Below are positions 8,870 to 18,012 of a stretch of 64,000 nucleotides of DNA, in pieces. The DNA is from an uncultured SAR86 cluster bacterium. GTDB lineage: Bacteria > Pseudomonadota > Gammaproteobacteria > Magnimaribacterales > D2472. The stretch is from assembly GCA_902628925.1 (NCBI GenBank), contig CACOPA010000001.1:326532-390531 (forward strand), read 5' to 3'. Both the position numbers and the translations under genes were made by a program. Below the pieces are notes generated by a model, which was given only the letters and a program-made list of their open reading frames with translations, made no database searches and was not told the DNA's origin. Every line of letters begins with the position of its first letter. Position 1 is the stretch's first letter.

Positions 8870-9727
8870 CTAGTTATCTCTATTAATAATAAAATCACAA
8901 ATCTCCAACAGGCTCTCACTATTTAAATTACCATCAAGATCTATAATTTTATTTTTTGATTGTTCAATCAATTTTTCAGCATTTTTTATTGCAGGTTCAA
9001 GACCATAAACCGACACATAAGTTAGTTTTTTGTTCTTAACATCAGATCCTGAGTCTTTTCCAAGAGCGCCTGAAGAGGCAGTTACCTCTAAAACATCATC
9101 CATGATTTGAAATGCTAAACCAACATCTTCTCCAACAGTTTTTAGTTTCATCCTAAGTTTTGAATTTGTGATTGGTAGTGCAAGGGAAGCACTAATTAAT
9201 CTGCCAGTTTTTAAGGCATGGATTTTATTTATATCTCCAGAATCTGATCCTTCAGATTCTAAATCCAATTGCTGTCCAAGAATCATTCCATTAAAACCGC
9301 AAGCGTCTGAGAGTAATTTAATGATGTTAACTTTTTGCTCAATAGATAAGTGAGCATCATTAGCAACAATTTCATAAGCCAAGCTGTGCAAAGCATCTCC
9401 TGCAAGTATTGCAGTCGCTTCACCATAAGCAATATGACTGGAAGCTTGACCTCTTCTCATATCGTCATCATCCATAGCTGGTAAATCATCATGAATCAAT
9501 GAATATGAATGCATCGCCTCAACTGCGGTCTCCAAATTATTTATAGATTCTTTTTTTAGAATGCCTTCAAGCTCGGCAGCAGCCCTTACAATTCCTGCTC
9601 TAATACATTTGCTTGGAGCTAGCACGGTGTGAAGCATTGCTTTAGAAACTTGAGAATTGTTTTTAATGATATTTAAGAATTGTTGATTCACACTTTCTCG
9701 CACATTAGCGAGGTATTCATCAATCAT
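8870..9727 (-). CDS. ispA: (2E,6E)-farnesyl diphosphate synthase
   Basis: Aspartate-rich motifs LIHDDLPAMDDDDMRRG and FQIMDDVLE. Shows xseB-ispA-dxs synteny. Confidence 0.9.
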   Translation of the reverse strand: MIDEYLANVRESVNQQFLNIIKNNSQVSKAMLHTVLAPSKCIRAGIVRAAAELEGILKKESINNLETAVEAMHSYSLIHDDLPAMDDDDMRRGQASSHIAYGEATAILAGDALHSLAYEIVANDAHLSIEQKVNIIKLLSDACGFNGMILGQQLDLESEGSDSGDINKIHALKTGRLISASLALPITNSKLRMKLKTVGEDVGLAFQIMDDVLEVTASSGALGKDSGSDVKNKKLTYVSVYGLEPAIKNAEKLIEQSKNKIIDLDGNLNSESLLEICDFIINRDN

Positions 9728-9730
9728 GAC

Positions 9731-9946
9731 TTAATTCTCTTGATCTAAAATTTCACCATCACCCATAAGCTTATTAACTTTTAGCTCAGCTTCTTTAAGT
9801 TGCTTTTGACAGTCTTTTACAAGCTTGATGCCTTCTTCAAATTTTTTAACGCTCTCTTCTAGGCTAACGTCACTATTTTCTAAGGCATCAACAATACCCT
9901 CGAGCTTTGCCAAAGAATCTTCAAAGTTAAGGTTTTTTTTGGTCAT
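9731..9946 (-). CDS. xseB: Exodeoxyribonuclease VII small subunit
   Basis: A 71-aa helical protein with FEDSLAKLEGIVDALE at the N-terminus, in the conserved position upstream of ispA. Confidence 0.8.
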   Translation of the reverse strand: MTKKNLNFEDSLAKLEGIVDALENSDVSLEESVKKFEEGIKLVKDCQKQLKEAELKVNKLMGDGEILDQEN

Positions 9947-9978
9947 ATAAATATTTTAACTGAGTTTTGTATTAATTA

Positions 9979-12900
9979 TTAGGAAGTCTCGACCACTGTA
10001 CTTTTACTAAAATAATTTTTAATTGATTCAGGAACCATTAAGGCAGCTGGAGTAAAAATAAGTGTTAAGATTGTACTAAATCCTAGTCCAAAAACTATTG
10101 ACTGTGCTAAAAGCTGCCACCAATCTACAACGCGGCTGCCTAATTCAATTGATCTTGCAACAATATCTAGGCTTACTCCAGCAGCAAGCGGCAGCAGCCC
10201 GAAAATAGTTGTGAGGGTTGTTAATAAGATCGGTCTCAATCTTTGTTTACAAGCCATGACCACTACATCATATCTTGCTAGATTTTGATTTTCGTGTCGA
10301 AGCCTGTTAAAGGTATCAATCAAGACGATATTGTTATTAACAACAATTCCGGCTAACGCAACAATGCCGATTCCAGTCATGGTTGTACCAAAAGGTTGTC
10401 CAGTAATTAGTAATCCTAATAACACTCCTGTAGCTGACATAAATACTGCAGACAAAATGAGAATTGATTGATAAAAGCTATTAAATTGAGTTAGTAGCAG
10501 GACAAGCATAAGGAAGATAGCTGTAATACCTGCAACACTCAAAAAACTATTTACCTCCTCAGTTTCCTCTTGTTGCCCCCTAAATTGAACAAAAATTCCT
10601 GAAGGAAACTCTTGTTGATCTATCCATTGCCTCATCTCTTTAACTTTTTCATCAATTAAAATGTCTTTATTTGCTCCAGCAGCTCCAATTTCATGAAAAA
10701 ACTTACCGTTTCTTCTAACAACAGATTGCCTGTTTTCTTTTGGAATAATTTTGATAAATGAGCTGATAGGTACTTGTCCTCGCGAGGAGGGGACCTTTAG
10801 ATCATCAATACCCGTTAACGATCTTTCATCGCGCTTAAACCTGACTCTTATCTCAACTTCATCTCTTGAATCATCAGGTCTATATTCACCAGCTTTAAAA
10901 CCATTTGTAAGCATCTGCACAATAGCGCCAACGTCAGAAATATTGACTCCCAGTTGAGCAGCTTTTTGTTTATCAACATCAATCTTCCACTCAATCTGGG
11001 GGTAAGGTAGCGTTGAACTTATATTCGCCAAGCCAGTAACCCCATTCTTTGCATAGTCCTCCACCATCCGAGTTACCTGAACAACCTCATTCTCAGTATT
11101 TCCAAAAATACCTATTTCAATGGGATTTTCAAAAGCAGGCCCACCTTCTTGCTCGCTTATCTCAACAATAATGCCTGGGATATTTGCTACTACTAGTTGA
11201 GCTTGATCAATTATTTGTTGACCCGTAAGTCCCTTTGAATTGAATTCCTCGACCTCAAAAATGCCACGTCCAACAACATCACCTCCTGAGTTAAACCACT
11301 CAGAGCCTGTTCTTAAATAAAGACTTTTTATTTCTTGAATTTCGAGCAGCCTGTCTTCAACTTGCTCAACAATGTCTTTTGATTCGATAGCTGAAAAATT
11401 ACCTCTTGCTCTTATTGACACCTCAGCAGCAACAGGGTCTACGTAAGGAAAATATACTGTGCCTTTTCCAAAGCGATCGTAAGAAATAATAATGACTGAT
11501 AATAGAAAAAAAACGCTTAATATTGTTTCAAATGGATTCTTTGCAAAAACCCTTACCCATTTGCTGTAGAAGGATGAAATTCTGTCAAAAACAACCTCTC
11601 CAGTTTTTTCAGATTCTCCAGACATAAGTGAAGATCTTCTTTGACCAAATACAGCACCGAGAACTGGCACTACAATCATTGCATAGACCAATGAAGCCGA
11701 TAGAACTATGAAAACAGCAATTGGTAAAAAACGCATAAATTGACCTGTGAATCCAGGCCAGAAAATAAGTGGTGTAAAGGCAGCAATTGTAGTTGCTGTC
11801 GAGGACAGTATCGGATAGAACATCCTTTTTGAAGCGAGTCTGTAGGCTTCAATTCTTTGTACGCCTTCAGATATTTTTCTATCTGCATATTCAGTGACAA
11901 CAATAGAGCCATCGATTAGCATTCCAAGCCCTAACAACAACCCCATCATTACAAGGAAGTTAAATTCAATATTTGCAATATTCAAAACAATAAATGTTAA
12001 TAGGAAGCAAAACGGTATCGATAGACCAACCAACATGCCGACTCTAATACCCATACTGGCAACAACCAATATCATTACCAAAAAGATTGCAGTAACAATG
12101 TTTCCTTGGAGCTCTGTAATCATTTTTTCAGCCCAAATAGTTTCATCATCAGTTTTAACAATTTCAATGTTTTCAGGTAGGTAAGGTTCAAACTCAGATA
12201 TATTCGACATAATTGCTCGTTTAGCATCTATTGCATTAGCACCCTCTCTAAGTTTTACCTCAAGCGTAACTGCATCTTTACCATTAACTTTTGAATATGA
12301 TGAGTAATCTTTAAAAGTTCTTCTTATTTCACCAAGATCTCCAAGGGTCACAACTGCTGAGGAGGTAACTTTGATAGGAATGCTGTAAACATCTTGAGCA
12401 GTCTCAAAAACTCCAGGAACTTCAATGTTAAAACGACCATCACCAGTATCTTGAGCACCACCAGGAATAATTACGTTATTGTTTGAAACAGCTAAATATA
12501 GGTCTCTTAATGTAATTCCATAAGTTTCCAGCTTTGACTTATCAATAATTGCTTCAAGAACCTCATCTGGAGCACCACTTATATCAATACTCAGAACCTC
12601 ATCTATGCCTTCAAGCTGATCTTGCAGTTCTTTTGCAAAAAATACTTTTTGCCTCAATGGCCCATTTCCTATCAGGCTGAGGTTCATAACAGGGAATGTC
12701 GCAAATGAGTATTCTCTTATTTGTGGATCCTCTGCCTCGAGTGGAAGCTTGTATTTAACTTCTTCTACTGCCTGTTTGATATCAACAAGTGCAGCATCAA
12801 TGTCATGTCCTACTTCGAACTCAGCAACCAATCTTGCAAATCCTAGAGTGCTACTGGATGATATTTCTTCAATCCCAGGGACACTTCTAAGTCTATTTTC

Positions 12901-13104
12901 TAACGGCTTTGCTATTAATCTAGATGCGTCATTCGGAGAAGCTCCATCGAGAAAGACCGAAACACTCACAAGGGGTAGCTGAATACTAGGGTCTGCAGCA
13001 ACGGGAATGATCGTGCGAGAGTAACTTCCAGCAATTAAAACTAGCAAGGCAATAGTTAATGTTGTCTTTCCTTTGGAAAGAGCAAAATCAACAATTTTAT
13101 TCAT
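9979..13104 (-). CDS. RND (AcrB/HAE-type) efflux transporter permease
   Basis: 1041 aa. It has the typical two-fold TM and large periplasmic loop architecture, with an N-terminus of the type ...LTIALLVLIAGSYS...PS.QLP.V.V. Confidence 0.9.
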   Translation of the reverse strand: MNKIVDFALSKGKTTLTIALLVLIAGSYSRTIIPVAADPSIQLPLVSVSVFLDGASPNDASRLIAKPLENRLRSVPGIEEISSSSTLGFARLVAEFEVGHDIDAALVDIKQAVEEVKYKLPLEAEDPQIREYSFATFPVMNLSLIGNGPLRQKVFFAKELQDQLEGIDEVLSIDISGAPDEVLEAIIDKSKLETYGITLRDLYLAVSNNNVIIPGGAQDTGDGRFNIEVPGVFETAQDVYSIPIKVTSSAVVTLGDLGEIRRTFKDYSSYSKVNGKDAVTLEVKLREGANAIDAKRAIMSNISEFEPYLPENIEIVKTDDETIWAEKMITELQGNIVTAIFLVMILVVASMGIRVGMLVGLSIPFCFLLTFIVLNIANIEFNFLVMMGLLLGLGMLIDGSIVVTEYADRKISEGVQRIEAYRLASKRMFYPILSSTATTIAAFTPLIFWPGFTGQFMRFLPIAVFIVLSASLVYAMIVVPVLGAVFGQRRSSLMSGESEKTGEVVFDRISSFYSKWVRVFAKNPFETILSVFFLLSVIIISYDRFGKGTVYFPYVDPVAAEVSIRARGNFSAIESKDIVEQVEDRLLEIQEIKSLYLRTGSEWFNSGGDVVGRGIFEVEEFNSKGLTGQQIIDQAQLVVANIPGIIVEISEQEGGPAFENPIEIGIFGNTENEVVQVTRMVEDYAKNGVTGLANISSTLPYPQIEWKIDVDKQKAAQLGVNISDVGAIVQMLTNGFKAGEYRPDDSRDEVEIRVRFKRDERSLTGIDDLKVPSSRGQVPISSFIKIIPKENRQSVVRRNGKFFHEIGAAGANKDILIDEKVKEMRQWIDQQEFPSGIFVQFRGQQEETEEVNSFLSVAGITAIFLMLVLLLTQFNSFYQSILILSAVFMSATGVLLGLLITGQPFGTTMTGIGIVALAGIVVNNNIVLIDTFNRLRHENQNLARYDVVVMACKQRLRPILLTTLTTIFGLLPLAAGVSLDIVARSIELGSRVVDWWQLLAQSIVFGLGFSTILTLIFTPAALMVPESIKNYFSKSTVVETS

Positions 13105-13982
13105 AGACTAGCTAGATTTGTAACAGCTACGGTTTGGCCATTTTCAACAAATCCCTGTCCTTGAACTATAAGATTTGAAAATTGAGGTATTCCACTTACC
13201 CAAAGCCCGTCGGCTGTATCCTTAATAATTTTTATTGAATGAAACTCAACTTTGCTTTCAGAATTAACAGTCCTTACACCAATATTGCCTTCATCGGTTA
13301 GCAATAAAACGGAAGCAGTAATTTTATGGGCTAAAATCGGTTGAGTACTAATATGCATTGTGCCAGTAATACCATCTCTTACAGCGCCAGTGACATTCTC
13401 AAACTCTGCTTCAACTCTGAAGGTTCTAGTAGCGGGAGATGCGCTTTTAGATACGAATGTGAGATTAGATGAAATAGTTTCATCAGTGATTAAATCAATT
13501 TTGACCTGAAGACCTTCAAAGATGTCTTTGATTTTAGCTTCAGGAACCTCAGCAACGAATGTTATAGGGCTTAGCTCAATTATGGTTGCGCAGATTTCAC
13601 CTCTTTGAATAAAGTTACCTGGCTTAACAATATTTTCTACATAGCCATCGAATGGAGCTTTTACTTCTGTTCGATTCAGTTCGACTATGCCGAGTCTACA
13701 CAAAAGCTCATCTTTTTTAACCCATTCACCTTGTCGAACACCTGTTGCAACGACTTCACCTGAAGTTTTTGCCTTAACCGCAACTCTTTTTTCACTGATA
13801 GCAACAGAATTTACGCTTATGGTCGGAGAAATCATTTCCGCAATACTTTCATTAATTACAACTGAGGATAATGTTTTCTGAGCTTTTGGCGGTTCTATTT
13901 TGTCCTCTTCAAGCACGCCAGTTGCAAACCAGAAAGATACTGGTAGCAAAATTAGTAAAGCCATCCTGACGTTTTTAGACAT
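13101..13982 (-). CDS. RND efflux periplasmic adaptor (membrane fusion protein)
   Basis: Signal/anchor plus lipoyl-like hairpin motifs (GEVV...V.QG.WVKKDELLCRL, V.APFDGYV). ATGA overlap with the permease gene. No outer-membrane factor gene is adjacent. Confidence 0.8.
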   Translation of the reverse strand: MSKNVRMALLILLPVSFWFATGVLEEDKIEPPKAQKTLSSVVINESIAEMISPTISVNSVAISEKRVAVKAKTSGEVVATGVRQGEWVKKDELLCRLGIVELNRTEVKAPFDGYVENIVKPGNFIQRGEICATIIELSPITFVAEVPEAKIKDIFEGLQVKIDLITDETISSNLTFVSKSASPATRTFRVEAEFENVTGAVRDGITGTMHISTQPILAHKITASVLLLTDEGNIGVRTVNSESKVEFHSIKIIKDTADGLWVSGIPQFSNLIVQGQGFVENGQTVAVTNLASL

Positions 13983-14083
13983 AATTTTTATATTTTAAGA
14001 CCTACAAACATATATAGGTCCAAATCTCCTGTTTAAAAGGGTGAGTATTATAGTGTAATCAGCCCAAATTGTATGTTTTTGCC

Positions 14084-14692
14084 TCAAAGATCATATTTTT
14101 TTCTGAGTTGTTTGAATAAATTGGAATCAAACTTTTTTAATTCAAATTCTTCAGTCTCAGTATAATCAATTGATAAATCCACGCCTTCTTCAAGTTTGAT
14201 TAGTAATTCTGCATAATTTTTTCTAAATTGGTTGATTGCATTGTATTGATTGGAGTCATTCAGAGTACTCCATCCAGTTTTGCATCCAGCGAAATAAACT
14301 ATCGGATGTGACCAATTATATTTTTTTCTTGGAGAATAAGATTTTTGAGCTTCCAAAAATGCTTCATCAGCACTCGGAATGCTATCTGAGTATGGCTGCT
14401 TTCTTACTGCTTTTACAAATTCGTTTAGAGTGGGAATGAACTCATTGTTGCTGATAATAAAAGCACTAGCTTGGTTTAGCTGATGAATTGAAAAGTTTTT
14501 TAATGTACTGGCCCAGAGTCGTTTCGCAGTAATTATTTTTTCATTGGATGAATAAATTTTAAAGAACTGATAATGATAGGCCACTTCAAACTTATAAAAT
14601 AAGTCCTCAATAAATTGAATTATGAGTTTCTTTTTAGAGCTCGAGATCTTTTGACCACGATAGGTCTTTTGTCTGCTCTGAAGATTCCCCAT
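14084..14692 (-). CDS. Phage lambda replication protein P-like protein (putative DnaB helicase loader)
   Basis: AKRLWASTLKNFSIHQLNQASAFIISNNEFIPTLNEFVKAVRKQ aligns by eye to lambda P RRQWVLAFRENGITTMEQVNAGMRVARRQNRPFLPSPGQFVAWCRE. The later YNWSHPIVYF aligns to YPWKSNAHYW. I prefer the start at M14 (14692), which has AGAAGG upstream; the ORF-track start is 14731. Confidence 0.6.
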   Translation of the reverse strand: MGNLQSRQKTYRGQKISSSKKKLIIQFIEDLFYKFEVAYHYQFFKIYSSNEKIITAKRLWASTLKNFSIHQLNQASAFIISNNEFIPTLNEFVKAVRKQPYSDSIPSADEAFLEAQKSYSPRKKYNWSHPIVYFAGCKTGWSTLNDSNQYNAINQFRKNYAELLIKLEEGVDLSIDYTETEEFELKKFDSNLFKQLRKKYDL

Positions 14693-15425
14693 GGCCTTCT
14701 TCTTTGTTATTAGATCTTTTATTTTCTTCATTATTAATTGTATTAACTATTTCTTTTCTTTTTACAAAGTCTACAAACTTTGAATTCCATGATTTTAGAG
14801 CTACTCCATCTTCTTCCCAAAACAGTACAAATTCTAATATATATGATTGTGAAACATTTTTTGGGATATTAGCTAACTCAAGAACCTCATAGGCGTCACT
14901 GCTTGGTTGCCAATTTCGATGCATTTGGGTTGGAGCGCCCTTATTTGGTGATTTTTCCTTTACCCATTCTCTTCTTACAAAATCAACAAAGATTGAGTTC
15001 CAATTATCTTTAAGCAAGCCTTTTTCACCCCAATAAATTTTAAATTCTTGAAGCTTGTTAGCACTAAATTCTTTTGATATACCACCCATTAATAATACTT
15101 CGTAAACTTCTAGATTAGGTTGCCAGTTAGTATGCATCTGCTTTTTTAACCCATCTGGAGACTTCCCAGGAAGCTTCAATTTATAAACATTGTCTTTTTT
15201 CCCAGTTGCAGAATCGCTAGATCCAATAAGTTTTAGTTTCAAAAGCTTTTGAGTTGCTTGGATGAGATTTTCCCTATTTTCAAATTTTAGATAATTCTCT
15301 AAATTAGAGATCAGTTCATCGAAGTTTTCAGAGGAAATTTTATTTTGCTGAATTACAGCCAAAACTATTGCTGAAGTAGGGCCAAGAGTATTAATTATAT
15401 CGAGTGAAACTGAAACTTCCTTCAA
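14634..15425 (-). CDS. Protein with tandemly duplicated DnaT-like (primosomal protein I C-terminal) domains
   Basis: Two repeats, QMHTNWQPNLEVYEVLL...LQEFKIYWGEKG...NWNSIFVDFVRREW and QMHRNWQPSSDAYEVLE...ILEFVLFWEEDG...SWNSKFVDFVKRKE. They resemble E. coli DnaT [17 protein letters not shown]...[28 protein letters not shown]. The ATG abuts the aroG stop. Confidence 0.6.
   Translation of the reverse strand: MKEVSVSLDIINTLGPTSAIVLAVIQQNKISSENFDELISNLENYLKFENRENLIQATQKLLKLKLIGSSDSATGKKDNVYKLKLPGKSPDGLKKQMHTNWQPNLEVYEVLLMGGISKEFSANKLQEFKIYWGEKGLLKDNWNSIFVDFVRREWVKEKSPNKGAPTQMHRNWQPSSDAYEVLELANIPKNVSQSYILEFVLFWEEDGVALKSWNSKFVDFVKRKEIVNTINNEENKRSNNKEEGHGESSEQTKDLSWSKDLEL
14754..15140 (-). repeat. 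Intragenic tandem duplication (two units of about 60 aa) within the DnaT-like gene
   Basis: Unit 1 spans aa 96-155 (nt 14961-15140) and unit 2 spans aa 167-224 (nt 14754-14927). They share the pattern QMH.NWQP....YEVL, .EF...W.E.G, .WNS.FVDFV.R. Confidence 0.8.
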
Positions 15426-16475
15426 TTAGTTTCCTCTTCTTTTTTCAACAGCTTCATAGCAAGCATTTAAACATATCAACGTATCTTCTGTATTCATGCA
15501 TGCGTCAGTAATACTTTGACCATATGTAAGATTTTCTGAAATTGACTGATTACCTTCAACTAAATTGCTCTCTAGCATGAGGCCTCTGATAAGCAAGTTA
15601 CCATCAGAAATTTGATCAGCAATTTTTTGTGTAACGGTGACTTGATTTTTATGTTGCTTCTGACTATTTCCATGGCTCGCATCGATCATGATTGATTCAT
15701 TAACCTCCGCCTCTCTTAATGCTATCAAGGTTTGCTCTACTGCCTCATTGTCATAATTAGGATTGCTGCCACCTCTTAAAATAATGTGAGCATCTGAATT
15801 GCCTGAAGTCTTGTAAATGGAGACCATACCTTCTTTTGTATTAGAGAAGAATACATGTGAGTGGTTAGCTGCTTGGATTCCATCAATTGCTGGCTTGAGT
15901 GCACCAGAAGTTCCATTTTTAATACCAATAGGACAAGACAAACCAGATGCTAGCTCTCTATGTATCTGACTTTCTGCAGTTCGCGCACCAATGGCGCCCC
16001 AAGATATTAGATCAGCAACGTATTGTGGTGAAATGGGATCTAGGAATTCTGTACCTATAGGAAGCCCAATTTCAGAAATTTCTTTAAGAATTGATCTAGC
16101 TAACATCAAGCCTTTATTGGCATCAAAAGTATTATTCAGATCTGGGTCGTTAATGAGACCTTTCCAACCAACTGTAGTCCTAGGTTTTTCAAAATATACT
16201 CTCATTACTATTAAAAGATTATCTGAGAATTGATCTCTAGCATCTTTTAAAAATTTAGCGTATTCAATGGCTGATTTTTTATCATGAACTGAACATGGCC
16301 CACATATCACAAGCAACCTATCATCTTTGCCATGGAGAACCTGACTTATTTCATTTCTAGTTCCATATACAAGCGCTGCAACCTCATCTGTAAGTGGATA
16401 TTTCTCTAAAACTTCATTAGGAGTTATTAGATCAAACTTCTCTACAATTCTTGTATTGTCAGTAAGATAATTCAT
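15426..16475 (-). CDS. aroG: 3-deoxy-7-phosphoheptulonate (DAHP) synthase, class I; feedback isozyme type not determinable
   Basis: 349 aa. Contains LLVICGPCSVHD, KPRTTVGWKGLINDP, GARTAESQ.HRELASG and IMIDASHGNS. Confidence 0.9.
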   Translation of the reverse strand: MNYLTDNTRIVEKFDLITPNEVLEKYPLTDEVAALVYGTRNEISQVLHGKDDRLLVICGPCSVHDKKSAIEYAKFLKDARDQFSDNLLIVMRVYFEKPRTTVGWKGLINDPDLNNTFDANKGLMLARSILKEISEIGLPIGTEFLDPISPQYVADLISWGAIGARTAESQIHRELASGLSCPIGIKNGTSGALKPAIDGIQAANHSHVFFSNTKEGMVSIYKTSGNSDAHIILRGGSNPNYDNEAVEQTLIALREAEVNESIMIDASHGNSQKQHKNQVTVTQKIADQISDGNLLIRGLMLESNLVEGNQSISENLTYGQSITDACMNTEDTLICLNACYEAVEKRRGN

Positions 16476-16643
16476 TTGCAGTATGATAATTGATAAAAAA
16501 CTATAAAAAATATATTAATCAAAAATATATATGTTTTTACCGTAAATTAACTGATTTAGTTAAATCTTTTGTATAAGCCTCAAAATGCTTTAAAAACACT
16601 ATATATTGTGTATTATTCACTCAATGATTACACTATCTAGTAG

Positions 16644-17438
16644 ATGAGCTCTACAATTCAAAGAGAATTTCCGCTGCTTAAGGGTAAAAATATTGATGCT
16701 CTCCCAGAGGATTTATTTATTCCTCCAAATGCCCTTGAATTAATCCTAGAGGAGTTCTCAGGTCCAATGGATCTTCTTTTATATCTAATTAATAAAAAAG
16801 ATATTGATATACTGGAGTTAGATCTAGCTTCAATCACAGAACAATATCTCCAATATATAGAAATTATGGAAGAATTGAAGGTTGAGCTTGCATCAGATTA
16901 TATGGTCATGGCGGCAACTCTAGCGCATGTTAAATCTAGAATGTTGCTTCCTCAAGATAATGAGCTTGAAGATGAAGAAGATCCAAGATCAACTCTGATA
17001 AGAAGATTACAAGAATACAAACGCTTTAAATCTGTCTCGGAAAGAATCTCAAACCTTCCCAAAATTGAACGGGACTATTTTGTTGCCAACGCTGGCTTGC
17101 CAAAGTTTAATGAGCCCAAGGAGCAACTCCCTTTCAATACAACCGATCTTCGGGATGTGTTTGCTGAAGTAATTTCAAGACCTAAATTTGAAGGAATCCA
17201 CTTTGTTGAATTTGAGGAATTATCAACGCAAGAAAGGATTGAGCACATTCTTGGCCTTTTAACCAAAAGAAATATCATTCAATTCTTTAAGACCTTTAAA
17301 AAATCTGAGGGGAGACAAGGTGTTGCAGTTGCTTTATTGGCATCACTAGAGCTTGTTAAGGATGGCAATATAGAAATCATTCAGAATGAGGACTCAAATC
17401 AGTTGTATCTTAAATCAGTCAGTCAGGGAGTCCATTAA
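16644..17438 (+). CDS. scpA: Segregation and condensation protein A
   Basis: Contains F.GPMDLLLYLINKKDIDILELDLASIT.QYL and a C-terminal winged helix. Followed by scpB with a one-base overlap. Confidence 0.85.
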   Translation: MSSTIQREFPLLKGKNIDALPEDLFIPPNALELILEEFSGPMDLLLYLINKKDIDILELDLASITEQYLQYIEIMEELKVELASDYMVMAATLAHVKSRMLLPQDNELEDEEDPRSTLIRRLQEYKRFKSVSERISNLPKIERDYFVANAGLPKFNEPKEQLPFNTTDLRDVFAEVISRPKFEGIHFVEFEELSTQERIEHILGLLTKRNIIQFFKTFKKSEGRQGVAVALLASLELVKDGNIEIIQNEDSNQLYLKSVSQGVH

Positions 17439-18004
17439 TGGAATTAAATGCAAATCATGTTGAAGCTATCTTGTTTGGCGCAGCTCGACCAGTAAAACTT
17501 TCAGAAATTAAATCTCTTTTATCAAATCAAGGCATCAAAGTTGAATTATCGGAAATTAAGGAAGTCCTTAATGACTTGGAATTAAGATATCAAGAAACTT
17601 CACTTTCAATATTGGAAGTTGCTAGTGGATACCGTCTTCAAATTAAATCTGAGTTTTCTGAATTAATTTATCCAATGTGGAGTGATACCCAAGCTAGAAC
17701 ATCTAAAGCCTTAATGGAAACCATTTCAATAATTGCCTACAGGCAACCAGTTACAAGAGGCGATATTGAGGATATTCGAGGCGTTAGTGTTAGCTCTCAA
17801 ATTATAAGAACACTTCTTGATAAAAATTGGATCCAAGCTGCAGGATATAGAGATGTTCCAGGAAGACCAACTCTTTACAAAACTACAACTAATTTTTTAG
17901 ATGATTTACAAGTTAAATCAATATCTGATCTTCCGCCATTACCCGAGATAGAAGATGCTTCCATTGACCTCGTTGACGATGATTTCAATCTTCAAACTGG
18001 ATAA
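17438..18004 (+). CDS. scpB: Segregation and condensation protein B
   Basis: Contains VEAILFGAARPV, ETISIIAYRQPVTRGDIEDIRGV and GRPTLYKTT. Confidence 0.85.
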   Translation: MELNANHVEAILFGAARPVKLSEIKSLLSNQGIKVELSEIKEVLNDLELRYQETSLSILEVASGYRLQIKSEFSELIYPMWSDTQARTSKALMETISIIAYRQPVTRGDIEDIRGVSVSSQIIRTLLDKNWIQAAGYRDVPGRPTLYKTTTNFLDDLQVKSISDLPPLPEIEDASIDLVDDDFNLQTG

Positions 18005-18012
18005 TGCATTGA

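Noticed and set aside
9979-13982. The RND permease and adaptor pair without an outer-membrane factor, considered as a novel system
   Set aside because: Two-gene RND operons that borrow a distally encoded TolC-like channel are common, and nothing in the sequence departs from the family.
13999-14020. GACCTA-N10-TAGGTC inverted repeat between the P-like gene and the RND adaptor gene, plus a TATAAT on the minus strand at 14047-14052
   Set aside because: It has a 6-bp stem with a 10-nt loop and a poor -35 partner. This is too weak to call a terminator or promoter with confidence.
14634-14731. The overlap between the DnaT-like and P-like ORFs, considered as evidence of a frameshifted single gene or pseudogene
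   Set aside because: Both frames encode complete, separately recognisable domains. A plausible RBS (AGAAGG) precedes the internal ATG at 14692. Overlaps of similar size occur elsewhere in this genome.
16536-16563. Adjacent short palindromes TTTAC-c-GTAAA and TTAACT-gattt-AGTTAA between aroG and scpA, considered as TyrR- or TrpR-like operators
   Set aside because: The arms are 5-6 bp and almost pure A/T. They do not match the TyrR box (TGTAAA-N6-TTTACA) or the Trp operator. They are indistinguishable from background.
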